Assembly (NCBI RefSeq): GCF_036321535.1
Contig: NC_087437.1
Coordinates: 52,206,001 to 52,270,000, forward strand
DNA length: 64,000 bases
From: Camelus dromedarius
Taxonomy: Eukaryota
Reading direction: 5' to 3'
A program made the position numbers and the translations under genes. The notes under the pieces are model-generated. The model saw only the letters and a list, made by a program, of their open reading frames with translations, was not told where the DNA came from and did not search any database. This document shows positions 1 to 12,400 of this stretch, piece after piece; positions within the stretch are counted from its first letter, which is position 1, and the number at the start of each line of letters is the position of its first letter.

Positions 1-233
1 TCAGAAACTAATGTTCAAATTAAATACACAAGCAATAAAATCAATAATAATTAAATTAGCAACATTAACTTAATGCAACAAATAAGGCTGTTTTTTACCG
101 TTAATTGCTCCTTGAAACCCGACCATGGTACTCACTGCCACAACACAGATTCTTTTGACTGTGTCAGCTCTAAGACTTTAGTGAGAGCTTTTAAAAAATA
201 ATAAAACAACCAAGTTAAAAATGAAAAATTTCA

Positions 234-382
234 GGGGAGAGTATAGTTCAAGTGGTAGAGTGCATGCCTAGCATACACAAGGTCCTGGGTTCAATCCCCA
301 GTACCTCCTCTATAAATAAATAAGTATACCTAATTACCCTCTTCTCCGACAAAAAAAAAAAAAAAGAAAAGAAAGAAAGAAA
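234..382 (+). mobile_element. tRNA-derived SINE, camelid Vic-1-like, full length
   Basis: A box TAGTTCAAGTGG (244-255), B box GGTTCAATCC (288-297), TAAA linker, CCTAATTACC 3' motif, A/GAAA tail. Near-TSD gaaaaatttca (223-233) / gaaaattttca (383-393). Confidence 0.85.
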
Positions 383-1019
383 GAAAATTTTCATCAATCC
401 AGATGTCATACCTTTATGATCCACAAATCTATGAAATACAGTTAAGAATGTAAAATTCTTCTTTCAAAACCTAATCAGAAATTAATTTTAAATTATACTC
501 TATTGTAAATAAACTATCCACAACACACATACCCTTTATTTCTGGGATAACTAAGCAACAACTAAAGTTGTAAAACCAACACCTCTAAAAACATTTTAAA
601 AATAAGGTCATGAAGAAATAGTGTACATCCATGTGGAAAGAAATACAGTTAAGCCCAGAAATCATTTAACAGTTTATCCCTACCCTATCCTAAAAACCTC
701 TTAAACGAGTAAACAACTTGGTAAGTCCCTATGTTCAGTAACTTTAAAATAAGCAAGAAGAAACAACACACGTCTTTGAAAGTAGGATACAAAAAGCAAG
801 AATATAAAAAACTCCTTTGCCACGACATCAAAACAACAAAAAATGGCTCAAAAAAAAAATATATATGACTTTTACACTGGGAGTTAAACCTGTAACAAAG
901 AATCTAGACCTTTCAAATCTACTTAACTCCACTTCCCATTGTTGGTGGTAACAAACTATATCAACTAAAACTCAGATAGAGTATGTGCCTTCTCGTCCCA
1001 AAACTGTTCACTGCTTTTT

Positions 1020-1115
1020 TTTTTAACAAGTATTTATTAAGCACCTATGATACTCTAGGCACTGTTCTAGAAACTGGGGAAACAGTAGTAAGCAGATAAG
1101 TAAGTGATAAATACA
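1020..1115 (-). mobile_element. Short polyadenylated insert of L2 3'-end sequence with 15-bp TSD
   Basis: TGTTCACTGCTTTTT at 1005-1019 and 1116-1130. The body resembles the L2 3' end (CTAGAACAGTGCCTAGAG...TAGGTGCTTAATAAATACTTGTT on the minus strand). Confidence 0.75.
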
Positions 1116-1444
1116 TGTTCACTGCTTTTTATAGGCCAGAATAGTAAATAATGTTTTGGTTTATATATTTTCAAAGAAAGGAAAGCAACTGTTTTTTGCT
1201 TATCAGATCTCTTCCAGTTCCCACTAAATCAGAATAATAACAAAGTACAATGAAATGTTTCCTTAACTGATTTTAACTTCAATCGACATAGGATATGGGT
1301 AATTGAGGTCATTTCTTATTGAGACGGGTGGAAAGAAAAAGTAAAGTTCTCCAGGGATGATAAGGAAGTGAGGCTCCAAACTTGACCTACTCAGTTATTT
1401 CTCCTTCAGTGCTCATTCTCCATTCGCCACTTGCTCAGCTCAGT

Positions 1445-1570
1445 TTAGTTCAATAACCATTTACTGAGTGCCTACTGTGTTCCAGGCACTGTTCTGGATA
1501 CTGAGACTATTCAGATTATTAAGATTGTTTATTAAGACAGTCCCTGCTTCATAGGAGTTTGCCTTCTGGA
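1445..1570 (-). mobile_element. L2 3'-end fragment
   Basis: CATTTACTGAGTGCCTACTGTGTTCCAGGCACTGTTCT...GACAGTCCCTGC, typical antisense L2 terminus. Confidence 0.7.
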
Positions 1571-1779
1571 ATATCCCTTTTCCGAATGGAATTCCCCTCA
1601 TCCGTCTAGATCCAATTAAGGACTCTTTAATTCCCAAAGAAGAATCAAGTACTGCCTCCTCTGAGTTACTATTAACCATTTATAGCTCTCTTTAAATTCT
1701 CTGATTCCCAGTGTCTTATATCAATGTCCACTAAGTATAAGGTGAAAGGAAAGAGACAATTAAATTCTTGCACCATCAA

Positions 1780-2205
1780 CCAATTAATAGCTATTTAACT
1801 TTTGGCAAGTTAGTTAATTTCTCTGAGTCTCAGTTTCTTCACCTGTGAAATAATGTTATTTACTGAACACTTACGATTTGTCATATAATTTTCTAATCCC
1901 TTTGCTCATATTAATTTATTAAATTCTCACAATAACTTTTTGAGGTTCGTTGTATTATTACATCTTACAGATGTGAAAACTCAAGTCCAGAGAAGTTAAG
2001 TAACTTACTTGCTGCATAAAGTCGTGCAAGTAATAAGTGTTTTAAAAGTCTGTACCCAAGTAGTCCAGCTGACTCCATATTCTCAACCCCTATACTATCT
2101 ATACCTCAAAATACCCATTCACAGAGGATCACGTAAGAGAATGCATGTGAAACCTTTTAACATACTGCCCAGCACACAGTAGGTGCTCATTAAATGTTAG
2201 TTCTC
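1780..2205. mobile_element. Plus-strand MIR interrupted by a minus-strand MIR (about 1853-2100)
   Basis: MIR core GGCAAGTTAGTTAATTTCTCTGAGTCTCAGTTTCTTCACCTGT on +, then an inverted core ACAGATGTGAAAACTCAAGTCCAGAGAAGTTAAGTAACTT, then the MIR 3' tail at about 2110-2205. Confidence 0.7.
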
Positions 2206-2319
2206 TTCCGTCCCTAGGCGACTCTAAATTCCCTAAGGAAAGAGGCTATTTTTCACTCTTTCTCTCCTAACAAATATAGTGCTATGCTTGCCAGATAAAT
2301 GATGAAATGATGATCAATG

Positions 2320-2701
2320 CAGTCAGCACTCCAATTCTACAGGCTCTACATCCATGGATTCAATCAACCACAGATGAGAAATATTCCCCACCCCTCCCAA
2401 AAAAATTCCAGAAAGTTCCAAAAAGCAAATCATGAATTTGCCATAGGCATGAAATTATTTACACAGCATTTACATTGTATTTACAATTATTTACATAGTA
2501 TTTTCATTGCATTATACATTATAAGTAATCTAGAGATGATTTAAAGTATACAGGAGGATGTGCATACGTTACATGCAAATACTACACCATTTTACATATG
2601 GGAATTGAGCATCCTCGGATTTTAGTATCTATGGGTGGGGGGATCCTGGAACCAACCAACTAGTCCCTCTGTTCCCCTTTGTAGAATCTGAAGGACAGCT
2701 A
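2320..2701 (-). mobile_element. MER2/MER2B-like TcMar-Tigger non-autonomous DNA transposon
   Basis: CATCCATGGATTCAATCAACCACAGATG...ATAAGTAATCTAGAGATGATTTAAAGTATACAGGAGGATGTGC...TCCTGGAACCAA matches the recalled MER2 consensus in reverse. Confidence 0.8.
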
Positions 2702-4329
2702 TAAATGAGTCTGTTCACTGAATTGACATATAGGGACAAACTGTCCATAAAAACTGGTAGCAGAAGTGTCTCTTCTGGACCCAGCCCCCACCCACACATG
2801 GGCATAGGGACAGGCTCTTTTATTTTCCAATTTAAGGTATTACTGGTCTAGCAGGGTTCTCTTGTCCTATGAAGATACTGGAAAATAGAAAAACTTGTTT
2901 CCTTTTACCCAGGCACGGAGACAGTGTTAGATACGGAACAGGGCAGCAAGATCCACGATGCCAGTTTATAGGGGAGAAATCTGATAGAGAGCCCTAGCAA
3001 TCCCAGGATTTCACATTTCACAGTGAAGTATAAATTGGTTCTGCTATGGCTGAAGTAGATCATTTTTCTTCTTTTCTTTTCATTTTCCTTCTCCTGAATT
3101 AGGTAGTTTTTTATATGGAAATTGCTGAATCCACCTATTTCTGAGTATTTTGCAACTTGCAGGTGAGAACAGGAATGTCATATTCCACTGAGTAATCTGT
3201 AAGAAATCCTTCTTTCTGAGCATGAAGACACACAACTTTTTCCTTCCCTTCACTGCCAATAAATAAATGTTTAACAAAATATTCAAACAATATCAGTTTA
3301 GAAGAATGTTAAATTAATAGCCTGTTCAGGGCATCTATGTGCCTTGGTTCAGCCTTGAATAAAATGATTGTGTTTCAGAAGCAAATATATAGTTACTGCA
3401 TGACAGTACCTAAGAGTTACCTGTTCTCCCTGCCCAAGGAACCCCAAGTTAGATATGCTAGTACCTCTAGTACTAGTACAATAAAATCCGCCATCTGAAA
3501 AAATTGTTTAAGTGTTGAATAAAATTTCAGTAGCTACTTTAAGACCCTAATTACAAGTTAGAACAATGTTTCTAGAGAAAGTATACTCTACCTAACTTAA
3601 AAAGCAAATTTAATAACGTTGTCAGACAACTTCTAAGTGATAGACTGCCTGTGGTGTCAAAATAAAAATTGAAATTTGAAATGTGACTAAGGATAAACAC
3701 ATTCTAATATGTAAGGAAAATCTTAAGAATTTTTTAAAAATCCATTATGAATTTCACCCTCACACTGCTCTGCACTGTGCTGCTGTGTTTATAACTATTG
3801 TGATATATCTCCTGCAGGTTCTATTTTCAAGGTCTCTGGTCCATGACAAAAGGAGTGAAGCAAGCTTGGACAATCTGGATTAATCATCTTGAAGCAGAAG
3901 CACAAGGTGAAGAAAAGCTGGTCTTAGTGAAAGGTAGTATCCAGGAGTCTATAACGACATATCAAAAGCTGAGATCAAAAGCTGTGATGAAAAATTTTGC
4001 ACCCAAGACCCTTGGTCACAGCAGCCAACAGAAATTCTTAGCTGTAGTTGCACCAGTGAAAGACAGGCAAAGAAAAGAGCCTTTGCTGCCTTTTAAACTA
4101 AAGCTGTTGAAGACGATCTGATCAAACTTTCTGCATTTGAAAGGCCTCACTACTTTACAAAAATTGCTCCTTTACTGTTAGTATCCAGTTCCTCTTCCAG
4201 TGAATGGAATAACTCAAAATAATGTCCCAAAACTTTTGAATCTTGGGCCTGGGCCCAATCTTGTTGTTGCTGATGTCACTGTTGGATAGAAATCCGGATT
4301 ACAGAGAATATAATGACAATTATAACAAT

Positions 4330-4835
4330 GGTAGTTACCAATACCACTAAGTATTACATTATTTTTAATTCTCACAATAACTCTACAGTATTAGTATTAC
4401 CTGCAGTTGACAAATTAGTAAACTAAGGCTCAGAGATGTTAAGTTACTTACCCAAGACCACAATGCAAAATGAATATAAGCTGAAAAGCTAGAATTCAAA
4501 CTCAGGTCTGACAATAAAGACCATACTCTTCCCATATTTATTACCTTTTACAGCATCTGTGTGATCATACCCAAACATTATCTGTTTAAAAAAGAAACTG
4601 CATATACAACACTCAAAAAAAAAAAAAACTTCCTAGTACCTAAGATCATACCCAAAGACTTTTTCTAATGACTACAATGTCATAAAAGCAACAAACCTTA
4701 CATACCATCATTGTTAATAACCACTAGAAAGTCCACAAGGATTGGGATTTTTGTGTTTTGTTCATTGCTGAAGCCTCAGCTTCTAGAACAGTACCTGACA
4801 CCATTAGATATTGAATAACTATTTGTTGAATGAAT
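4330..4835. mobile_element. MIR (minus, about 4330-4530) and L2 3' end (plus, about 4720-4835)
   Basis: AAACTAAGGCTCAGAGATGTTAAGTTACTTACCCAAG; TTCTAGAACAGTACCTGACA...ATTTGTTGAATGAAT. Confidence 0.65.
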
Positions 4836-7189
4836 AGCAAAAATATATGGTGGCAAATTTTTCTTTATTAAAAAGCACCATGCTTTGTGTAAGACACATT
4901 CTGTAATTGTCTTTCAAGGAAAAAAAAAATCAAGCACTGGTTCTTCCAGTAACTCAAAAAGGAAGAACAAATTTGCAGGGAGAAGTTTATGTAAACTCTA
5001 TAACATCTCAACAGTTTGTATCTTGAGAAAATCAAAATTAAAAAAACTAGATTTAAGTTTGTATTAAAAACATATGAAAAATATTGCAAATAAGTAGTGT
5101 GTATTTTTTTTCACAGACTGTACAAATATAACATTAAAGTTTAGGGAAGATCATAAGAGATAAACAGAGGTACAGCCCATGTGTAAGATACCCCCAGAAC
5201 AGACACTCCCCAGAAGGGTTCTCTTACAGCTGAAAAGGCATTAAACACCTAAGTGAAAATGTCTCTGGAGACGTAACTAACAAATGAAGGCGCTTCTAAA
5301 GGAACAGCAATGGTTGGAGGCCTTCGAACACTGAGAAGGGACTCCAAAGAAGTTTAGGGAAACTAACATCCAAGATGCCATCTTCTAGGTTCAAAAGAAT
5401 CTAAAGTCATTACTTCAGCAATCACTATATCCAAATCTGCTAGCAAACTTTTGGTGCAAATTCCTTTCAAAATAGCCCAATACAATCTGCTGTTTTTAAA
5501 AACCAAATAGTATCCCTGGTAACAAGTTACATAGAAAAGAAAAAGAGAAAGGAAGGGAAATAGAGAAAGAAAAAGAAAGGATAAAAGAAATGTTAGTGGT
5601 GATAATATTGCACTGTGTTTACAAAACAAGCAGCATGCTTAGAACTTGATGTAAGAAAGTTACTTTCACATGCTGAAGAACATGGGGCATCTTCACACAT
5701 TCTTTCATGTACTCTGGCACCTTGCCAAGCACATTTCCCCTACAACATGACAAATGTTCTGATTCCTCTAGGCTTCTTGACTGTTTCAGATGCCTCCATT
5801 TCTGTTTTGTGTGTGAATATAATTAACCCACCAGTATAGAAACACTCGTGCCAAATCAAGGAATAAATTAACAAATGAAAGGATGAGTTTATAGTAACTG
5901 AAATAAAACTAAAATTTTTAGATACCATAATACATTTGAAGAAGCTTAAATTAATAAAAAGAATAAATGACTTAGAAATGGAAACAAATTAGACCACATT
6001 CTATCTAGTAAGCACTATAATCAGTGATTTTGAGAGCTTTCCATCTCTTCTGAAAATGAATGACTATATCTGATTAACTTTGTGAAGGGCACTAAGTCTA
6101 GAAAACAAATTCCTTTGTTTTATGATGAAGATTTCTCCGGCTTTCCATTTCATGTAAAACAGAGATGCCTCCCTGAAATGGAAAAGAGGTCACCCTCACT
6201 ATGAATTTCTCAGGCACTTCCATCAAACCCTACCTTGCAACATATTTTGAAAAACTCTGAAACAGACAATCTGTAGGTACTTTCTAAGTTCTATGAATGT
6301 ATGGTATTTAATCAAGTAATTAAAAGTACTGTTATATGAGTTAAATAATTTAACAACTACTCACTAAGGGTCCCCTATATTGATTATATTTTTATTCAGT
6401 TACCTATTTTTCTTTAAGATAAAGTGTCTAAGTATGTAAGCTTGGCTTTTAAATTATTACATTTTTCAGAGATGCAATGATTGATTACGATTAGTGAGTA
6501 AAATATCATTTTTACACCCTTTTCAAAACAAAAGGGCTATCAACATGTTAGCCATACAGGGAGGCTCATGAATCCGTAATTCTGTGTCAAAGTAAATCTA
6601 AAGTTAATACAGAAATTAATTACACTGATCATAACTTTAAAGTAAAATATAAGTATCCCAGCTTTAGCCATAATTTCACATGCACAATTTGAAACATATA
6701 TCAATTCTAAATCACAGCTTCTTAAGCTGCTAAAAATTGTTAATAAAAGTCTTTGTTACTTAAATGAGGTTTGACATTGCTAAATAATAAAATAAAAAAA
6801 AACATTACAGGTAGATTCACTGTCAGTTAACATTAAATTATACAAAATTATAATAAAGGCCTGAGCTCCTTAACCTAATATTTAGTATTACCTAAAAACA
6901 AGCAAACTAAGACAAACTTCATTTTTGGTAACAGTTCCAATATACTCAGTAGTTCTTGAACAAAAAAGCCATTACAAATAACAGCAGAGAGTATCCCCAG
7001 ATTATTGTTTAAAAAAAAATCCAGAAATTATGTAAAAATAATTACTCTAGTACTGGGATAGAAGAGAAATGATCTATAATTTGTACTGATCTTTCTCAGA
7101 TTGAAAACTGAGAGATCATAATTCTGTAACAATTTGATTCCAATCCACGTAAAATGTTCAATTTTTTAAAAAGCTTAGTTTATCAAATT

Positions 7190-7760
7190 GTATATTTCCT
7201 GAATTTAATCATGAGGAAATGTCAGACAAGCCCAAACTGAAGGACATCCTACAAAATAACTGGCCAGTACTCTTTAAAAGCAGCAAGATCAGGAAAAAAG
7301 AAAGACTAAGGAACTGATTTTAAAAGACCAAGGAGACACAACAACTAAATGCAACATGGCATCCTAAATTTCGTCCTGGACAGAAGAAGAATATCAGTGG
7401 GACAACCGGGGAAATCTGAACAGCCTATGGAAATTAGACCAGAGGTCAGCAAACTTTTCTGTGTAAAGGGCTAGACAGCAAATATTTTGGGATTTGTGGG
7501 CCATAAAAGCTCTCTGTTGCATATTCTTCTTTACCTTTTTTTTAAATAACTCTTTAAAAATGTACAATCCACCTTAATTTAAAGGGCTCCAAAAACATGA
7601 AGTAAACCTGGTTTTGATAACCATACCATAAAAATGTAAGATCAATATTAATATTTAGTATTTAGGGAAATCTGGGTAAAGAGGCTACATAAACTTATAC
7701 TGTCTTATAATTTTTTCTTCAGTTTAAAATAGAGTTAAATAAAAGTTAATAAAATATATG
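7190..7760 (+). mobile_element. Old L1MC/ME-type 3' UTR fragment with a nested MER58-like hAT-Charlie piece (about 7440-7600)
   Basis: AATCATGAGGAAATGTCAGACAAGCCCAAACTGAAGGACATCCTACAAAATAACTGGCC; CAGAGGTCAGCAAACTTTTCTGTGTAAAGGGCTAGACAGCAAATATTTT. Confidence 0.6.
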
Positions 7761-7829
7761 AAATACAAATCCTAATTAGATCACTTCCATGTCCAGACAG
7801 CTAATAAATGACAACAACAAAGACTGACA

Positions 7830-8500
7830 CTGGCCTTTCCTGACCTCCCTTGAAACACCAAACTTCCTTCCTCCCTAGGGCTCTTCATGCATCCTCCCCT
7901 CTGTAGGGACAGCCATCTTTCCCTTCCAGGCCCCCAGAGTCCCTCACATCATTAGTTCCTACCTATATCTCAGCTCCCAACTCAAGCAATACTTCTTCAA
8001 ACAAGCTCTCCCCCTTGTCACCCTACCCAATGCCTCAATATCATACTCTAAGCAGTCTGTATCTTTTCTTCTTAATAGAAATGGCAGTTGTAATTAAATA
8101 TTCAGTTGTATAATAAATTGTTTGATGTCTGCCCACCTACTAGAATGCAGGCACCAAGAGGGTTGGCATCATGGCTATCATATTCAATGCTATATTCCCA
8201 GCACTTGGTGTAGGGCTTTGCACAGAGTGGGTGCTAAATAAAACATCAGATAGACAGATAGATAGAAGGAATAGACCTCTTCAGTGCAGCTCTGGTAGGG
8301 AGAGCTAGGACAAAGAGGCAGATATCCGAGGTGGACTAAGAAGTGAGATTTCTCAATATAAGGAATAATTTACTAGTAATTATACTGTCCAAACATGGAA
8401 TCAGCAGCTTTCTAAGGCTCGACAGAGGCTGATGACCATCTTGGGGAAAGGTTGTAGAAAATATTCAAAGTAACAAGAAAAATCAAATGGTTTTTAGGTT
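7830..8500 (+). mobile_element. L2 3' fragment (about 7830-8270) followed by CR1/L3 3'-end fragment (about 8340-8500)
   Basis: CTACTAGAATGCAGGCACCAAGAGGG...TATTCCCAGCACTTGG; GATTTCTCAATATAAGGAATAATTTAC...CTGTCCAAACATGGAAT. Confidence 0.55.
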
Positions 8501-8673
8501 TCTTCAATTTTACATACTCCTGTTAATGTTACTCACAAGTAATTAGGATCCTCACATGTTACACTAAATAATAAGTTAATAGAATCATGGCTGTAAATCT
8601 AAAAATATTTTATAAAAATAGCCACCATAAAATGAAGGTAGAGCAACATGACTAGCAAGACATTGTGCTATTC

Positions 8674-9451
8674 AGATGATAAATGCTGGAAAGGGTGTGG
8701 AGAAAAGGGAACCCTCCTACATTGTTGGTGGGGATGTAGTCTGGTACAGCCATTATGGAAAATAGTACGGTGATTCCTCAAAAAAGCTAAAAACAGACTT
8801 ACCATATGATCCAGCAATCCCATTCATGGGCATATATCTGGAGGAAACTTTAATTTGAAAAGATACATGCACCCCAATGTTCACAGCAACACTGTTTACA
8901 ATAGCCAAGACATGGAAACAACCTAAATATCCATCAACAGATGACTGGATAAAGAAGTTCTGGTATCTTTAGAAAATGGAATACTACTCAGCCATAAAAA
9001 AGAATAAAATAATGCCATTTGCTGCAACATGGATGGACCTGGAGATCATCACTCTAAGTGAAGTAAGTTGGAAAGAGAAAGAAAAATACCACATGGTATC
9101 ACTCATATGTGGAGTCCAAATTAAAAAAAAAAAAAGACACAAATGAACTTACTTACAAAACAGAAATATAGTCACAGACATAGAAAACTTATGGTTACCA
9201 AGGGTGAAAGGGGTAGGAAGGGATAAATTGGGAGTTCAAGATCTGCAGATACTAACTACTATACATAAAATAGATAAAAAAACAAGTTTCTACTATATAG
9301 CACAGGGAACTATATTCAACATCTTGTAGTAACCTACAATGAAAAAGAGTATGAAAAAAATATGCATATATATGTATGACTGAAACATTATGCTGTACCC
9401 CAGAAATTGACATAACATTGTAAACTATGTGTCAATTAAAAAAAAAAAAAA
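8674..9451 (+). mobile_element. Relatively young 5'-truncated L1 (ORF2 C-terminus, 3' UTR, poly-A)
   Basis: Translates to [29 protein letters not shown] (ORF2 Cys-rich domain). Artiodactyl-type 3' UTR (TATAGCACAGGGAACTATATTCAA...). A-tail at about 9438-9451. Confidence 0.9.
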
Positions 9452-9464
9452 GAGTAAAGAAAAA

Positions 9465-12400
9465 AAAGAAATAATGGCTGAAAATTTCCCGAATTTAGCT
9501 AGAGATACAACCTACAGATTTAAGAAGTTGAGCAAATCTCAAACAAGGTAAATCCAAAGAAATCCAGGCCAGCACATTATATTCAAACTTCTAAAAACTA
9601 AACAAAAAGAAAAAAATCTTGGAAGCAGCCAGAGAAAAACAACTCCTCATTTATAAGGGAAAAACAATTCAAATAGCAGTGAATTTCTCATCAGAAATCA
9701 TGGAAGCCAGAAGGAAGTAGTACAATTTTTCAAGTGCTGAAAGGAGAAAACATCAATCTAGAATCCTATATCCAGTAAACACACCCTTCAGGAATAAAGG
9801 AGAAATCAAGACATTCCGAGATGAAGGAAAGCTAAAAGAACTTGTCACCAGCAAACCTACTTTAAACAAATGGCTAAAGGACGTTCTCTGAACACAAAGG
9901 GAACAATAAAAGAAGGAATTTCTGGAAGTTAGAAAAAAGAACACAATAAGCAAAAATGTAGATAAACATGTTCCTTTTCCTCGAGTGTTCTAAATTATAG
10001 TTGACAGTTAAAACAGAAATTGTAACCCTGTCTGATACAGCTCTAAATACAAGGGGAGAAAATACTTAAGCTGGTTATATTATAAATGGGTGGAGGGCAG
10101 TGATATAAAGGTAAGTAAGGTTTCTATACTTTACTCAAAATGATCAAAGTACACGAACAGACCATGATAAGCTACATATATGTACATATGTACACACACA
10201 CACTCACAGCAATCTCTAAAAAGCTTTAAAGAGAAAACTCAAAAGTATTACAGGTAATCACAATGGGATTCTACAAAATGCCCAAGTAACTCACAGAAAG
10301 GCAGAGAAAAGAAAGTGAAGGAACAAAAAACAGGGAGAAAAAGCAGAAAATTAAAAATAAATGGTAGACTTAATCCCTAACTTATCAATAATTACTGTAA
10401 GTGTAAATGGTCTAGTTAAAAGACAGAGACTGGCGCAGTGGCTTAAAAAACAAGTTATGCTGTATATAAGAAATTCATTTCAAATTTAACATTTTAGGCA
10501 GGTTGAAAATAAGAGGAGGGGAAAGACATGTCATGAAAACATTAATTAAAGGAAAAACAGGTATAGCTATATTAACGTCACAAAAAGTAGACTTCAGAGT
10601 AAAGAAAATTACCCAGCTATAAAGGGATATTAGATGATGATAAAATGGTTAATCTAACAAGAAGACACAGCAATTCTAAATGTGTATGCACCAAACAACA
10701 GAGTTGCAAATATATGCGAAGCAAAAACCGACAGACTTGAAAGGAGAAAAAGACAAATCCACAATTAATTGGGAGATATCAACACTCCTCTTTCAACAAC
10801 TGAAAGAACATACAAGATAGAAAACAAGCAAGGATGTAGAACTCAACAACAGAGCAACCAGCAGGATCTAACAGACATTTACAGAACATTTCACCCAACA
10901 ACAGCAGAAGAGCCATTCTTGTTAAGTGTCCATGACACTTGGACCATATCCTGGGCCATAAAACAAATCTCAAAAGATTTCAAAGAATTAAAGTCATGCA
11001 AAGTGTGTTCTGTGATCAAACTAGAAACCAATTAACAAAAATATAACAAGAAAATCTTCAAACACTTGGAAACCAAACAACACTTCTAAATAATCCATAA
11101 ATCTATAAGACGTATCAAGAGAAATGAAAACATACAGTGAACTTGAAAATGAAAATAAAACATACTTAAATTGTGGTGCACAGTTAAAGCAATGCTGAGA
11201 TGGATTTTTATAGCAATAACTGCATACACTAGAAAAAAGGAAAAGACTCAAAGTATAATGCAAGTACCCTTAAGCTTTATTTAAGAAAAAAAAAAAAAAA
11301 AAAAGGACAGCATAAAATCAGCCCAAAGCAAGCAGAACAGAAAGAAAGATATGATAAACATGAGAGCAGAAATCAATGGTATTGAAAACAGGAAACTAAT
11401 AGAGAAAATAAATGAAACAAAGCTTTTCTTTGAAAAGGTCAATAAAATTAACAGAACTCTAGCAAGACCAACAAAAAAATAAAGAGAAAAAACACAAACT
11501 AGAAGTGCCGGGAATGAAGCAGGGGATACTATGAAAGACCACACAGATATCAAGAGCATAATCAGGGAACACTACAAACAACTCTACACACATAAATTTG
11601 ACAAGGCAGAATGAAATGGACCAATTCCTCAAAAATTACAAACTATCACAACTCACCCACTGGTAACAATTTGAATGTCCTCTTAATAAGGAAACTGAAT
11701 TAGTAATTTAAAAAATCTCCAGGCCCAAATGATTTCCCTGGAGAATTCCACCATGTGTTTAAACAAAAAATAGCATCAATTCTAAACAATCTCTCCAGAA
11801 AAAAAGCCTAGAAGAAAAAAAAAAGCCGAGTTTATTGTATAAAACTAGTATTACCCTGGTATCAAAGCCAAAACAAAGACAGTACAAAAAAGAAAACTAT
11901 AGATCAACACTCCTCATAAATATAGACATAAAGATCCTTGACAAACTATTAACAAGTAGAAATCAGCAACATACAAAAAGAATCATACACCATAACCAAG
12001 TGAGGTTTATCCAGGGGGTAGAAAGCTGATTTAGTATTTGAAAATACAATTCACAATATTAACAAGCCAATGAGGAAAAACTCATATGATTATATCAATT
12101 CATGCACTTGACAAAATTTAATACTCATTCATAATAAAAACTTTCAGAAAATAGAAATAAAAGAGAATTTCCTCAACTTACTAAAAAGCATCTAAAAAAC
12201 CCTACTAACTAACATTATACTTAAAGATGAAAGATCTAGTGCTTTCCTCCTATGGAGGAGGGAACAAGCACAGATTACTGCTCTCATCACTCTTATTCAA
12301 CACAACTGAGGAAGTTCAAGCCAGTACAATGAAGCACGAAAAGGGGGGAGAAAGCCATATGGATTAGAAACAAAAAAAAAAATAAAACTTTCTCAACCTC

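Noticed and set aside
234..310. tRNA gene (A and B boxes, tRNA-like 5' part)
   Set aside because: It continues into a SINE body, A-rich tail and TSD, and two more copies occur in the window. It is a SINE, not a tRNA.
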